Shown one piece after another: positions 1 to 10,800 of a stretch of DNA of 36,239 nucleotides. Every line of letters starts with the position of its first letter. Within the stretch, counting starts at the first letter, position 1. The position numbers were made by a program, and so were the translations under genes. The notes beneath the pieces were generated by a model. The model had not been told where the DNA came from, made no database searches, and saw only the letters and a program-made list of their open reading frames with translations. Source of the stretch: Trichomonas gallinae. Its lineage: Eukaryota. The stretch is taken from positions 1 to 36,239 of the forward strand of contig MRSU01011698.1 in NCBI GenBank assembly GCA_008369845.1, in the 5' to 3' direction.

Positions 1-77
1 TCATCACCAGAGAAGCCAGCCTTGCACATACCAGAGCCGTTATCGATAACGAGTGTCTGAACGTCTTCTTCAGCCAT
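1..77 (-). CDS. ACT: Actin, 5' end only (gene continues beyond the left edge of the window)
   Basis: The reverse complement from ATG at 77 reads [25 protein letters not shown], the canonical actin N-terminal phosphate-1 loop ([10 protein letters not shown]). It is absent from the ORF track because it is truncated. Confidence 0.97.
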   Translation of the reverse strand, partial: MAEEDVQTLVIDNGSGMCKAGFSGD

Positions 78-86
78 TACCTGAGA

Positions 87-93
87 AAAATGA
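87..93 (-). promoter_or_regulatory. Initiator (Inr) element of the actin gene
   Basis: The minus strand reads TTTGACT-TCATTTT-TCTCAGGTA-ATG. This matches the trichomonad Inr consensus TCA+1(T/C)(T/A) about 10-16 nt upstream of the ATG. Confidence 0.7.
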
Positions 94-128
94 AGTCAAA
101 TAAAATTCGACATTTTCACTTCATTAGC

Positions 129-136
129 CAGCGGTT
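129..136 (-). promoter_or_regulatory. M3-like (Myb-type) core promoter element upstream of actin
   Basis: AACCGCTG on the sense strand fits the T. vaginalis M3 consensus DRCSGYTD. A near-identical AACCGCTA lies upstream of the PX gene (5778-5785). Confidence 0.35.
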
Positions 137-1942
137 TTTGACCTCATCATAAAATTAATTTTTAATTGTTTTCTATTATCTCTATTATATAGAAACCATT
201 TTCGCTTCCAAATTTCATAAATCTGACCATCAGTCCTCTGAAAAATGATTGCATCTGATTTTTTTGGTTGTATTCGTGTCTGTGACAATTTGCGGTGGTG
301 TTTGATATCAAAAAATTGTGTATAGGGACATGTGGGGCAATTTGAACCGGGTTATCTACGGAAAACATGTCTTTATGTTTGTTGTTTGGCATGTGTACGA
401 GCAGTAGAATGCATTACGATGTTGCAAATTGATATATATTGATATTTTTTGATTGATTAATTAAAATTATATCGTACAGTTTGTAATCAGTCATGTTTAT
501 TTGTAGTATATTCATGTATGTGTGCATCTATATCACATATGCTATTTATAATGTAATTACTTTATAGATGAAATTGGTTTGATTGTAATCATATTCAAAA
601 GTCGCATTTATCTTGAATATTTAGTGTGTTTCACATAGAATATATTGATAATTAACTTGTGAGGACAAGTTTAATTTCCATCAGTTTCTCCAATTTGGAA
701 AATATCTAATACTCACATCAACCACAATGTTGCATCAATACATATCAGATTCTTTGAATAAAGCAAACTAAATAAGTCCACAAATCAATTTTTTGAGACA
801 TCTGTGATTTCAATCGAAGAAAAACAATCGACAAAATATGTGGATATTGAATTCGATTCGATTTTAAATTCGATCGGATTCGTTTGTTACTGTGATTTAT
901 CGTTAAAAAAGCAAAAAAATCAAATTTTATAGAAAATATTTACAATTTTTATTGTGAAAAATATTTTTTTGATACATTTTCAAAATAATTTTCTTTCATT
1001 TTCTGATTGTTTGTCAATGAATGGATATTACTCAATCAAAATTTTTATTTTGCTCGGTTAATCTTAAACATCAAGTCTTTTTTGATCATTTTCTCATGGA
1101 TGATAGTGTTCTATTCATTAGCATCTATATGTTTGGATATCATATTCTTGTTTTCAACAACTGAATAATCAAATTTTCACGATTTTCAGCAAAATTCTAT
1201 CTGCCATAAACAATAAAGATACTCATAGTTCTACTGACTATTATATTCTGCTAATACTGTCAGCATCAACACTCATCAACAAATATTTATTCGTAATTTA
1301 CATCAGAGCAAAAAAGCTTTATTTATAGCCTTTCATACTATGATTCTGCAATAATCTAATACATAGGAAAGAATCACATCTTTCTAGGTTATATATTCAT
1401 AGATTGTTCGTTTCTCATACTCTCTTTATCATTCTATTTTTCTTCAATAATGTTGAGCAGATGAAATTTTTTTTATCAAAGCTATTGAACCTTACAGTAT
1501 TGTTTAAATCTTTTGATGTTCTATATATAGCATATAACCAAGTTAATAATGATATAGCCAAAGTATGGAGATGTTTTCTCGAGAAGAGTGAGAATTTTGT
1601 TTTGATTTGATAAAATAATCGCACTCTTATTTGCTGTAGCGATCATAATATGTCAAACAATGTTAGATTGATATCAAATATAGCTTAATTCAAATGATTT
1701 TCGCCTCGAATCTTGAAATTGTTCTATTTTAAACTAACTCTGTTAAAAATGGCATTATTAACTTAATCTAGACCATGAATTAAGATAAAATAAACACCAA
1801 AGAAAAAATCTAAAAATTGAAACGACGATCAACCATTTTTGATCAAACAAATGATTTGCTTGTATGACATTTATCATGATTTTGACAAAATCTCAGCCAA
1901 AAATAATCTGAAATCTGATGAACAAAAAAAATTGTCAAAAAA

Positions 1943-4771
1943 ATGTCGAAAATTTTGCTTCACCCTCATCTGATTGACTTAAAGCTTTTCTCTGAGGATT
2001 ATATGGAATATATTCTTCCGATATTGCCGTCTGAGCCATCAGATATTGTAGTTTTGTCTAGATTTGCTGTCAATCCAGATCAAAATCCCCAAAATATTCC
2101 ATTTAACGACTCAAAAAAGATGAATTGGCTGTTAAAAATCAAATCCCACTTTTTATACTACTGTCATTCTACACAAGATCAAGAGATATATATTCAACCA
2201 GTCTTAAACGATATTAATTACTTCTACAAACCATTCATCACAAACGCTATCGAAATAGATTCAGATGAATATAATGAAATTGTTCAAAAAATGCTTTTAC
2301 ATCTTTCAATAATATTCGCAAAACAAAATTTCGTCGAAGAAGAAGCTTATCAAGCTATATCCATATACAGAAATATCGCACAATACAGTTCTAAGTACAC
2401 GAATCAAACTATCAACATACTTTTCAAAATATTAATTGGATTGGTTGATTTTTCGATATCAGACAATATTGCATTTAATAATTCTACACAAATATCGCAG
2501 CAAATTCTTGATCTAATGTTTTGGATCCTTTTAATAAGCAAAGATGACGATAATTGGAAAAAATTTAATGAAATCACGTCAAAATGGCCTTCGTCTAGAA
2601 TATTTGTTGAGTGCTGGATGAAATATTTCAATTCATGCTTGAATATATTCAGTTCTAACAGAGATTCATTATTTTTCCCAATTAAACTCCCTTTCAACGC
2701 AACGCCTGAAGAAGCGCTGCAGCTCATTGTCAATATGATGAAAAATGTCAAAGAACTTGATAAATCGGAGAATTCAAAAATACTTCTACAAGTTTTCGGA
2801 AGAATTTCAGATATGGTAAATCAGCAACAGCCAAAAATCTCAGATCTATTCAGTATTAAGTGGTACGCTGATGATATATTCGAGTTGTTTTCAACTTGCT
2901 TGAATGCGAATCCCACAGAAAGCGAAAACTCCTTAATTTCGAGTATTAAAATTTGCTCAAAGAATATGGTTAGAGATCGTTCTGTGTGGGTTTATAAACT
3001 TACAAACAACATAATCAACGAGTTTAAGAATCCTTTGTCGCAGAGTTCATTAGATTTGATTCCAAATTTAAATGCGTTTATTTGTTCGCATCCTTACAAT
3101 TGTTTAAAGATTATACAACCAACATTAGCAGCTGTTAAAGCATTAATTCCAAAAAAATCCGCTTATTGCATCGATAAATATATTCAAATCATTTCTCTTT
3201 TACTTTCAATATCAGAATCAGTTCATTCTCAAGACTTAGTACGCGAAATCAACGATAATCTTTACAATAGCGTTAATTCTAAAATTACTGAAATCAGAAA
3301 TACTTGGCAAATCCAGCATTTACTGAATTTAAACGCCAATGATGTACGAAAGACACTTAAATATTTATCACATATTATGGAATCCGCAAAATCCATTGAT
3401 TATTTCGCATATTTAGTGATGCTTGCCAGATTTTCGCCACATGTTATTAAATTACCGGAATTTAAAGAGTTTCTAACCCATATTGAAATGTCAATGGTTT
3501 CAAAAGAACATCCAAAATCGGAAATCGTTTTTTACCTGTTTTCTTACTTTATTTGCGAAGTTAATACATTGACTGATGATTTACAGATAGCTAGTAATGA
3601 AAGGAAAATCTTGATTTCAGTCATTAATCATCCATATCTTAGATCACAAGAAAATCTTCACTCAATTTTCGAACTTTGCTTAATTTATTCGACACCTGGG
3701 GTTAAAACAATCTCATCAGATATTGCACGCAAACTAGAAAACTCAGACAATGCAAAATACTACCAAATTCGCAAATCAGTTGTAACTTTAGTTCCTACAC
3801 GAGGCAACGATAAAATTATTGTAATTGTCCGCAGTAGCTACGGAATTTTCGCATTTGAAGTCTCCGAATCAATTCAATCAGAATCATCTGGTGAATCAGA
3901 TTTGCCGTCATTTTCTCAAGAAGTTGCTCATAATATAGAGTTAGATGAAGATATTGAGGACATTGATGAAGATTTCAGAGCTTTATCATTATTATTAAGA
4001 AAGAAATCAAATTTAATTTTCAAGAATCCTTCCCAGGAATTAAAAGTCAGCTATCCACAGATATTCTCCTTCCTTTCTGGAACGGGAATTCTCACTCCCA
4101 ACAACATCCACAGGGTCCAAGACATCGAAAAAGAGAAATTTTTGTCTTTCAGAGAAAAATTCGACAAATTACCAACAAAAGACAACATTGAAATTGGTAT
4201 TCTACATTTCACACCTCGTAACCTTGATCCTCCTGGTTCTGCACAAATCACGCCTGCTTTTAGCAGATTCTTGGATTCTTTGGGCGAACCACATATAGAT
4301 GATAAAGGAAACAAATTTAGGAAGATTGAAACATCAATAGTTGACTATGTATTCAGGTACTACACTAAATCTGAATTCGATATTTCCAAATTCAGCATTC
4401 TTTTGGTGTTTAATGAGACAGACTTTGAATGTGTTGAAGAGAAATTCCGTGAGTTTGATGCTTCTGTTATTATTTCTCTCCGTTTCGTTGCGAATAACTT
4501 GATGAAACTCGATCTCGTTAAAACAGACAAAGGAAGGGATATCGCTTATCCTATTATGTACCATATACCTAGATTGGTAGGCCTGGACAACATGAAGATG
4601 GTCATAACAACAGCAGCCTTATTGAATGTATCTAATCCTTCTGCAAAGTCTCGTTATTCGCTCGGAAGTTTCATCAAAGAGAGACAAAACGTGTTAAATG
4701 AAATATGCCAAGAAGAAGTCACACCATTGGCTTTCTTGAAAGATGCACTTGAATTAAGTGGAAATTTTTAG
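1943..4771 (+). CDS. RalGAP/tuberin-family protein (RalGAP beta-like) with degenerate C-terminal Rap-GAP domain, 942 aa
   Basis: Long ORF with a helical N-terminus. The C-terminal FDKLPTKDNIEIGILHF...AFSRFLDSLG...ILLVFNE follows the Rap-GAP pattern LD..P...THKIAVLYV...Y..FL..LG...V.IVF.E. IIVIVRSSYGIFAFEV resembles the 'V.VR..SG...W' strand of RalGAP/TSC2. Confidence 0.6.
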   Translation: MSKILLHPHLIDLKLFSEDYMEYILPILPSEPSDIVVLSRFAVNPDQNPQNIPFNDSKKMNWLLKIKSHFLYYCHSTQDQEIYIQPVLNDINYFYKPFITNAIEIDSDEYNEIVQKMLLHLSIIFAKQNFVEEEAYQAISIYRNIAQYSSKYTNQTINILFKILIGLVDFSISDNIAFNNSTQISQQILDLMFWILLISKDDDNWKKFNEITSKWPSSRIFVECWMKYFNSCLNIFSSNRDSLFFPIKLPFNATPEEALQLIVNMMKNVKELDKSENSKILLQVFGRISDMVNQQQPKISDLFSIKWYADDIFELFSTCLNANPTESENSLISSIKICSKNMVRDRSVWVYKLTNNIINEFKNPLSQSSLDLIPNLNAFICSHPYNCLKIIQPTLAAVKALIPKKSAYCIDKYIQIISLLLSISESVHSQDLVREINDNLYNSVNSKITEIRNTWQIQHLLNLNANDVRKTLKYLSHIMESAKSIDYFAYLVMLARFSPHVIKLPEFKEFLTHIEMSMVSKEHPKSEIVFYLFSYFICEVNTLTDDLQIASNERKILISVINHPYLRSQENLHSIFELCLIYSTPGVKTISSDIARKLENSDNAKYYQIRKSVVTLVPTRGNDKIIVIVRSSYGIFAFEVSESIQSESSGESDLPSFSQEVAHNIELDEDIEDIDEDFRALSLLLRKKSNLIFKNPSQELKVSYPQIFSFLSGTGILTPNNIHRVQDIEKEKFLSFREKFDKLPTKDNIEIGILHFTPRNLDPPGSAQITPAFSRFLDSLGEPHIDDKGNKFRKIETSIVDYVFRYYTKSEFDISKFSILLVFNETDFECVEEKFREFDASVIISLRFVANNLMKLDLVKTDKGRDIAYPIMYHIPRLVGLDNMKMVITTAALLNVSNPSAKSRYSLGSFIKERQNVLNEICQEEVTPLAFLKDALELSGNF

Positions 4772-5220
4772 CTTTTTTATTTGTTTTTTGTGTTTGTTAT
4801 TTTGTTATTTAAAACTTAATCAATAATAGTTTCTATCTAAGATTAATCTTTATAACCAATCACTATTTGTAACATAACCATTAAACTATTTATTAATTTT
4901 GTTCAAAATATTTTGAAATTTTTCATTATAAGACAAAAAACAATAACCACACAAGAACTATAACAAATAGGACTAATAAACCATAAATATTCATATAAAA
5001 ACATATTTTATCGTTTCCTTATTACCTTCGATAAAAATGAAAATAAGATAATGAGAAAGACTGAATTATATTAAATAAGTCACTAAAGTAACTAAATTTA
5101 CAAACAATAAAACGCATAGTAATCATACGAAAATACAAAACAATTCGTTAGCATATTATCTCCTTATGATCTTGAAGACCGTAGAGCCAACGAGCATAAT
5201 AAACAGGATCTAGCCAGTTT

Positions 5221-5712
5221 TCAAAACGGTAGCTCCTTATTATGTATGGCAGCTTCAATTCCAGAGCGCCACATTGAGTAGATGGTACTATAAGAGAAAC
5301 GTTCTGTGAACTCATTATCCGTTTCCGCTCTAAACTTAAGCGGAAGTTCACTAAAATAATTTTGTAATTTTTGGAATCGATCTGTAATGAACTCTCTATC
5401 TAGATTGCCGATATACTTCTTGGGAGGAAACTGTGGATGATTAGTTTCATCTGTCAAAGACTTCCTGATCGATTTATAGATTGCGCGGAGTTCGCTGTAT
5501 CTTTTATCAAAAGTGAATATCATTACATATTCTCCCTTATCTATCTTAAGGAGAACTCCAATTTCAACAGTGTATAGAACATATTTTTGCTTCTGGTCGT
5601 AATTCCAACTTTCGACACTGATGTAATACTCAGGCAATGATTTGCTTTTCCTCAACGCCTTGCTCTTCCAGCTGGCAAGTTGAGAGAAATTAATCAATGT
5701 CCTATAAACCAT
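5221..5712 (-). CDS. PX (phox homology) domain protein, 163 aa (possibly 187 aa, see findings)
   Basis: YVLYTVEI...DKRYSELRAIYKSI...PQFPPKK...FITDRFQKLQNYFSEL carries the PX hallmarks RRY/KRY-S, PxxPxK and R...L..Y. Confidence 0.9.
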   Translation of the reverse strand: MVYRTLINFSQLASWKSKALRKSKSLPEYYISVESWNYDQKQKYVLYTVEIGVLLKIDKGEYVMIFTFDKRYSELRAIYKSIRKSLTDETNHPQFPPKKYIGNLDREFITDRFQKLQNYFSELPLKFRAETDNEFTERFSYSTIYSMWRSGIEAAIHNKELPF

Positions 5713-5777
5713 GCAGATTTTATAGTTCTGCCTGGCAAAACGTCACATTTGTGTCAAATCAATTATTTCTGTGAATA

Positions 5778-5785
5778 TAGCGGTT
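5778..5785 (-). promoter_or_regulatory. M3-like element upstream of the PX gene
   Basis: AACCGCTA on the sense strand about 70 nt upstream of the ATG, fitting DRCSGYTD. Confidence 0.3.
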
Positions 5786-6718
5786 TTGCCAACGATTATT
5801 TCTAACTCAATTATGAAGAATTTAATCCAAATCAAATTTACATTTGCTTATGTAGTTGCCAAAATCGATGAATTTTTTTGAATTTCTAAAACTGAACTGT
5901 TAAATTATCTCTCTATTATTCGCACTATAATTATTTGTTTTATCAAATATTGGCTGAAAATATGCACTTTCTCGTCATTCTTTTTATTTGAAATACATAT
6001 CAAAATGGAGCTCTTTGTCAGTCTGTTTTGGATTAATAAACTAATGTTTTGCATTCAAACTCTCAAAGATTGAACTTGAAATTTTTGCTGTTTACAATTG
6101 ATGTAGCTTCATAATGAGCTATTCTATCATATTCTTGAAAGAATAAGATTTTTTTCAAATCTTAATCCATCGAAATTTGAAAACACAAACAAAAGTGGTT
6201 CGGACATAAACCAATAAAGCATACTTCGAGTAAATCTTATATATCCATAACCAAATTCACCAAAAAAATAATATATTTGATCTTGCAGATCAGTTACGGT
6301 GTGAATTAATTTACAGTTCACCAAACATGTCTTTTAAACTCATATTCCTATTGATGCTATTTTCATACATTGAAACTTATTTCACCTGAAAATTACAAAT
6401 TCTATATAAACTACAGCAAGACTCAATTAGAAAGGGATTTTGTATTTTGATTCATTGTTGTTATCATAAATATAATGTACAAATTCATCACAGAAGCATT
6501 TTAATTCTAATTGAATTTGTTTTGGCTTAAATTTTGATATTGAAATCCTAATAATGGTCAAAAAATGAAGTAATCATTTTCCGGTACTAGATATTAATGT
6601 GTGCATACGATTCTTGAAAATATTATGAAATTAATAAAAATTATTAATTATAACTAAATCTAATGAAAATATTTAATAAATAAGACATGGGTGAAAAAAT
6701 AAAACATGCACAACCGCA

Positions 6719-7453
6719 TTATTCATCGTCTTCATCACTTTCATAAAAATCTTCATGCTGCCAGATCTTTAAGTTCCTTTCCATTGTATTGCAGGTACTA
6801 TCTACTTCCATTATATCCTCGCGCTTGATTAATTCTCTATTTGATGTAATATCATGTATAGCAGAAGAGATCATTTGTATAGCGTCTGACTTTTCTTTGA
6901 GGTGATCATATCTGAAAACTGCTGCATTCAAAATTGTCCCCAATCTAACAGGATCAACAGGTGATAAAGACTGCTCACATATTTCTATTGCTTTTAAGTA
7001 AGCTGTCTGGCCTTCTACAGTACCAAAGTTCTTATTTACTAGGTCTGATGTTTCCGCAATATATCTATAAAAATCACCTTTAATTTTATAATAGAAAGCC
7101 ATTGCAGTTGGATCTGTACATTGACTTATTAGTGTATAATCTATGATTTCAATCGATTTTTGTGCATGAGAAATGATTTTATTTCCGAGTTGAGTTTTAT
7201 ATTCTTGTAATTGCATTGCTTTATCTTGCATTCCATCTCTTATACATCGTTTAATGTATTTGTCAAGTACTCTGTGTGATGATCGACAATAATCTATGGC
7301 TGTTTTGTATACTATGAAGAATATTTGTCTTTCTGTTTTGTCTAATTCTTGTTTAATTTCAAGAAATGTATCCATCATCTTGATTGAATCATCAAAACGA
7401 CAAAATCTGTTCAACAATTTAATACCATAGAGAATATCATCAATTTCACTCAT
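6719..7453 (-). CDS. 14-3-3 family protein (divergent), 244 aa
   Basis: ERQIFFIVYKTAIDYCRSSHR, FYYKIKGDFYRYIAE, LSPVDPVRLGTILNAAVFRYD and MERNLKIW match the conserved 14-3-3 blocks. Acidic C-terminal tail. Confidence 0.95.
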   Translation of the reverse strand: MSEIDDILYGIKLLNRFCRFDDSIKMMDTFLEIKQELDKTERQIFFIVYKTAIDYCRSSHRVLDKYIKRCIRDGMQDKAMQLQEYKTQLGNKIISHAQKSIEIIDYTLISQCTDPTAMAFYYKIKGDFYRYIAETSDLVNKNFGTVEGQTAYLKAIEICEQSLSPVDPVRLGTILNAAVFRYDHLKEKSDAIQMISSAIHDITSNRELIKREDIMEVDSTCNTMERNLKIWQHEDFYESDEDDE

Positions 7454-7643
7454 AAATTATAAAAATAAACTGGGGATAAAACAAATTTATCGGGGACATA
7501 ATTAAGGTTACTATTTATTCCTCTATTCACCATAATCGATTCTTATTCAGATATATGTATATTATTCTATTGTAGTAGTAGTATAAGTATGCCAAAGATC
7601 AACTAATTTAGTCGGTAATATTATATAGAAAATGAGAAATTAT

Positions 7644-7657
7644 AAAAAAGGAAAAAA
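7644..7657 (-). terminator. RNA polymerase III oligo-T terminator of tRNA-Gly
   Basis: TTTTTTCCTTTTTT lies on the tRNA strand a few nt after the discriminator base. Confidence 0.75.
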
Positions 7658-7662
7658 GAGTT

Positions 7663-7734
7663 TGCGCAACCCGGGAATCGAACCCGGCCTAAAGGTTTGG
7701 GAAACCCTCATGCTAACCGATACACCAGTTGCGC
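7663..7734 (-). tRNA. tRNA-Gly (anticodon CCC), 72 nt, no intron, CCA not encoded
   Basis: The minus strand folds as GCGCAAC TG GTGT ATCGGTTA GCAT G AGGGT TTCCCAA ACCTT TAGG CCGGG TTCGATT CCCGG GTTGCGC A. It has a perfect 7-bp acceptor stem, a TTCGA T-loop and a 7-nt anticodon loop with CCC. Confidence 0.96.
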
Positions 7735-7800
7735 AATCATTAAAATAATTGATTTGACTTCCCATGATATTTAATTTTTGAATCTTTAAATTTAAGATTG

Positions 7801-7807
7801 TCACTTT
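7801..7807 (+). promoter_or_regulatory. Inr element of the RalGAP alpha-like gene
   Basis: TCACTTT starts 12 nt upstream of ATG 7813. Confidence 0.7.
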
Positions 7808-7812
7808 TTAAA

Positions 7813-10800
7813 ATGACTGCTCCATTTCCACTTTTTGTGCAACAAGTCAGGGACGATGAGCAGTTCTTAAAGAGTTACATGGAGAATGGCTTTGAAACTA
7901 TGTTTAAAGAAGTTTACGAGTTCATTAGCCAATTCCAAAAACCAACAAAGAAAGGAATCTTCACTAAAACTCCATTAAGACGAGTTCTTCAAATACTAGA
8001 AAGCGTAGAAATCGTGTTAGATCGCTCAAAAATCCAGCATTACCGAAAAGAAATGATTCCTGATATCACAAATACTTTCATCGCAATTCTTCATCCACTC
8101 ACTCCACCAGAAATTAGAACAATAGGTGTCACTCTTTACGTTAAACTCATCAACATTCTTGAAGACTTATCACAACAGTATGTTGAAAATTTCGAACACT
8201 TAGTTTTTGATTTTTCACTTCTCCCTGAAGATATTGTCAGCAAGTATAAGCTAAACATCCAAATTGATCCAGAATTACGCATTCAAAACACAGATCCAAT
8301 TATTAGGCCAAATACTTCATTCTTAGAGCACGTTGAATACGTTTTAGGACAGATCCTCAATCTTAAAGATTCCCGCACAAGCACATTTAACTGCTGGTGG
8401 AGTATTGTCCTAAAAAGATTAATTGGCGTCGCTTTCAGAAGTGTTACAGAGAAAATCAATCCTAATACACAATGCTATGGCATCAACGGACAAGTTCCTT
8501 GGGAGCTTGAAAGAATATTTTTAGCTTTCATCACGAAAATTTATCCAAATACTGAATTTTTGACTTGCATTCTTGGAAATCCAAATACACCAGCATATTT
8601 ATATGCTATATTGAATCAATGTGCTACAGATGATATCAAACACCCAGAAGCTTTCGAATTTATAATTAATTTTATAAAACTCGTCTGCGAAAACGTGACA
8701 GTCCTTGATTCTCTTAAGAAATCATACAGCATCATTTTCCCACATCTTATTTCCTGCATTCAGAAACTTTTCGAATATACTTTTATTATCAATGATACAA
8801 GGGCTGATCAGCGCGTTAATACATGCATTGACAGTCTTAAAAATATGATTGACGTATTTTACAAGTCATTTGACGCACAGTCTCAATATGATTTCGCCAC
8901 ACAGTTATCTAGCTTATCAGAAGTCAAGAACTTATCCAGCTCCCTTCATGTTGTATCAATTTTATTATCATCAAGCATTAACTTAAAGATTGTTGATCCA
9001 AAATACTGGGAATGCATCGTTAAGGGTGGGGGATGTCAGCGTCATTCATATTTGACATCAATAGCTGATTTCAGCTCCTTCTTTGCATTCAATTTGCTTG
9101 CAAGATTACTTAATTTCAAATATTCGCAAATTCCTGAAGCAATTGCAGCAATGCGCCAAGAAAGTGAATGGATGGGTGAGAATGGCCTCTGGCTCTCTAA
9201 GCTTGACCCATTAACTGATAATCCGATCAGCATATTCTCATTCTTCCTCCAATACAGGAGTGAATTAACATTCCCAGAAATTTCCAATGACAACTCCACA
9301 CAGAAGGTTAAACTGCAGCCACTAAATGTAGTAGATTGGTCTCAAGAAGAAATTTTGCAATTAATGCGAGTTTTCATCAAAGCATTCGACTGGACGAAGC
9401 TCAATGACGACATAGATCTACAGTTCTCCATCTACTTAGTCGGTGCATCATTCATATTCCCGTTATTAAAGATGACGCAAGTCATGCCGCCGACACTTAT
9501 ATATGATAATGGATTTTTGCTAAACGAATTCTATGATTGGCTGAATCAAGCTGTTTCAACAACAGTCACAAACAAGTTAATCGTCGTCCACGCACTCAGA
9601 CTCCTCGGCGACATAATCTGCAGGCCAGAGTCAGACTCATTCATTTCTGATGAGAAACTCGCTGAGTTTTATTTGGTTTTAAAGAACCACATTGGCAATG
9701 ATAACATGAAAGTTAAGCAGACAGCATTGGTTTATGCTTGCAGATGTTTACTTGTTGGATTGAGAGGATCTAATCTATTGCTGACGACAATATGCCAGGC
9801 ATTGCCAACTTTATTGATATCTATTGATGGAGGAATCGAAATCAATTTCGCTGAGAAGAGCGCCATCGCCATTGCTATATGTTCTTTAGGAGACTGCAGC
9901 ACACAAAACAGTTTGGCAAAACCTGACAACGCGGAAAGAATCACGAACAAGATCAAAGCCGTTGAATTCTGTTTCGAACTTCCTCCGTCATTAAGGATTC
10001 CGACACTCATTCAGATAATCACAGAAGAATGCGTCAACAGCAGAGATGAAGTCATCGAAAACTGCCTCACATCACTTTTGAAGTCACTCAAATCCAGGTC
10101 AGTTGATGATGTCTATAGCTTCTTAGGACTGTTGAATATATTCCCTGAGCTAGAGAAATGCCATTCTGGATCAGTTTCAAGAGTATTGACTGTTTTGTTG
10201 AATACAATTGAGATATTCAACGAAGGCGATGAAAATCTTTACTATTTGACAACAATGCTTGCTTGCGAAGCCTTAGTTGATGCTGCACCAATTATTGATG
10301 TCAGCATTCACTACAAGCACCTCAAGAGCATCGCAGAAAACTGGTGCCTTGGATTGGACACATGCAAGTTTTCTAACGAATGCCAGCAAAAGTTAAGATA
10401 TGCGTTATTGTTCATTTCATCCAATTACACGAAATTCCATTATCCTGTAGACGAAAACATTGTCGGTGGAAACATGGAGAACACGACTGTCTTCAAGTAT
10501 TCACAGATCGATGACATTTTAAGACTGCAGAAGTCAAGGATAGTCTCAGATTTGCCTGTTGCTAGGACAGCGTGGAATTACAAATGTGTTCATCCAGCAA
10601 ACTCAGACGTCAACGCAATCAAAAAAGAAGTTGATTCCAACATCGCAATTCCTTCTCCACAAGAATCTGATGTACAAAAGCAATTCACAAATCACATTGA
10701 AGCATTCGTGACAGATTTGTTTGCAAACAAACTTCAAGAGATGGGCGTTGAATCAAACATTTGCACACCAGAAGAATTCAATCCTCAGCCGCAGAACCAA

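Noticed and set aside
162..1624. Short ORFs 162-392, 1404-1610 and 1415-1624
   Set aside because: Under 80 aa, with intergenic-like AT-rich composition and no recognisable domain.
6127..6324. 65-aa ORF with GEFGYGYIRFTR, faintly like a papain C-terminus
   Set aside because: It has no NSW motif or ATG start. It might be a decayed relic, but this cannot be supported from the sequence.
7798..7812. TTG starts given by the ORF track (7798, also 32653)
   Set aside because: These are eukaryotic genes. In-frame ATGs at 7813 (after an Inr) and 32698 (after the array) are the plausible starts.
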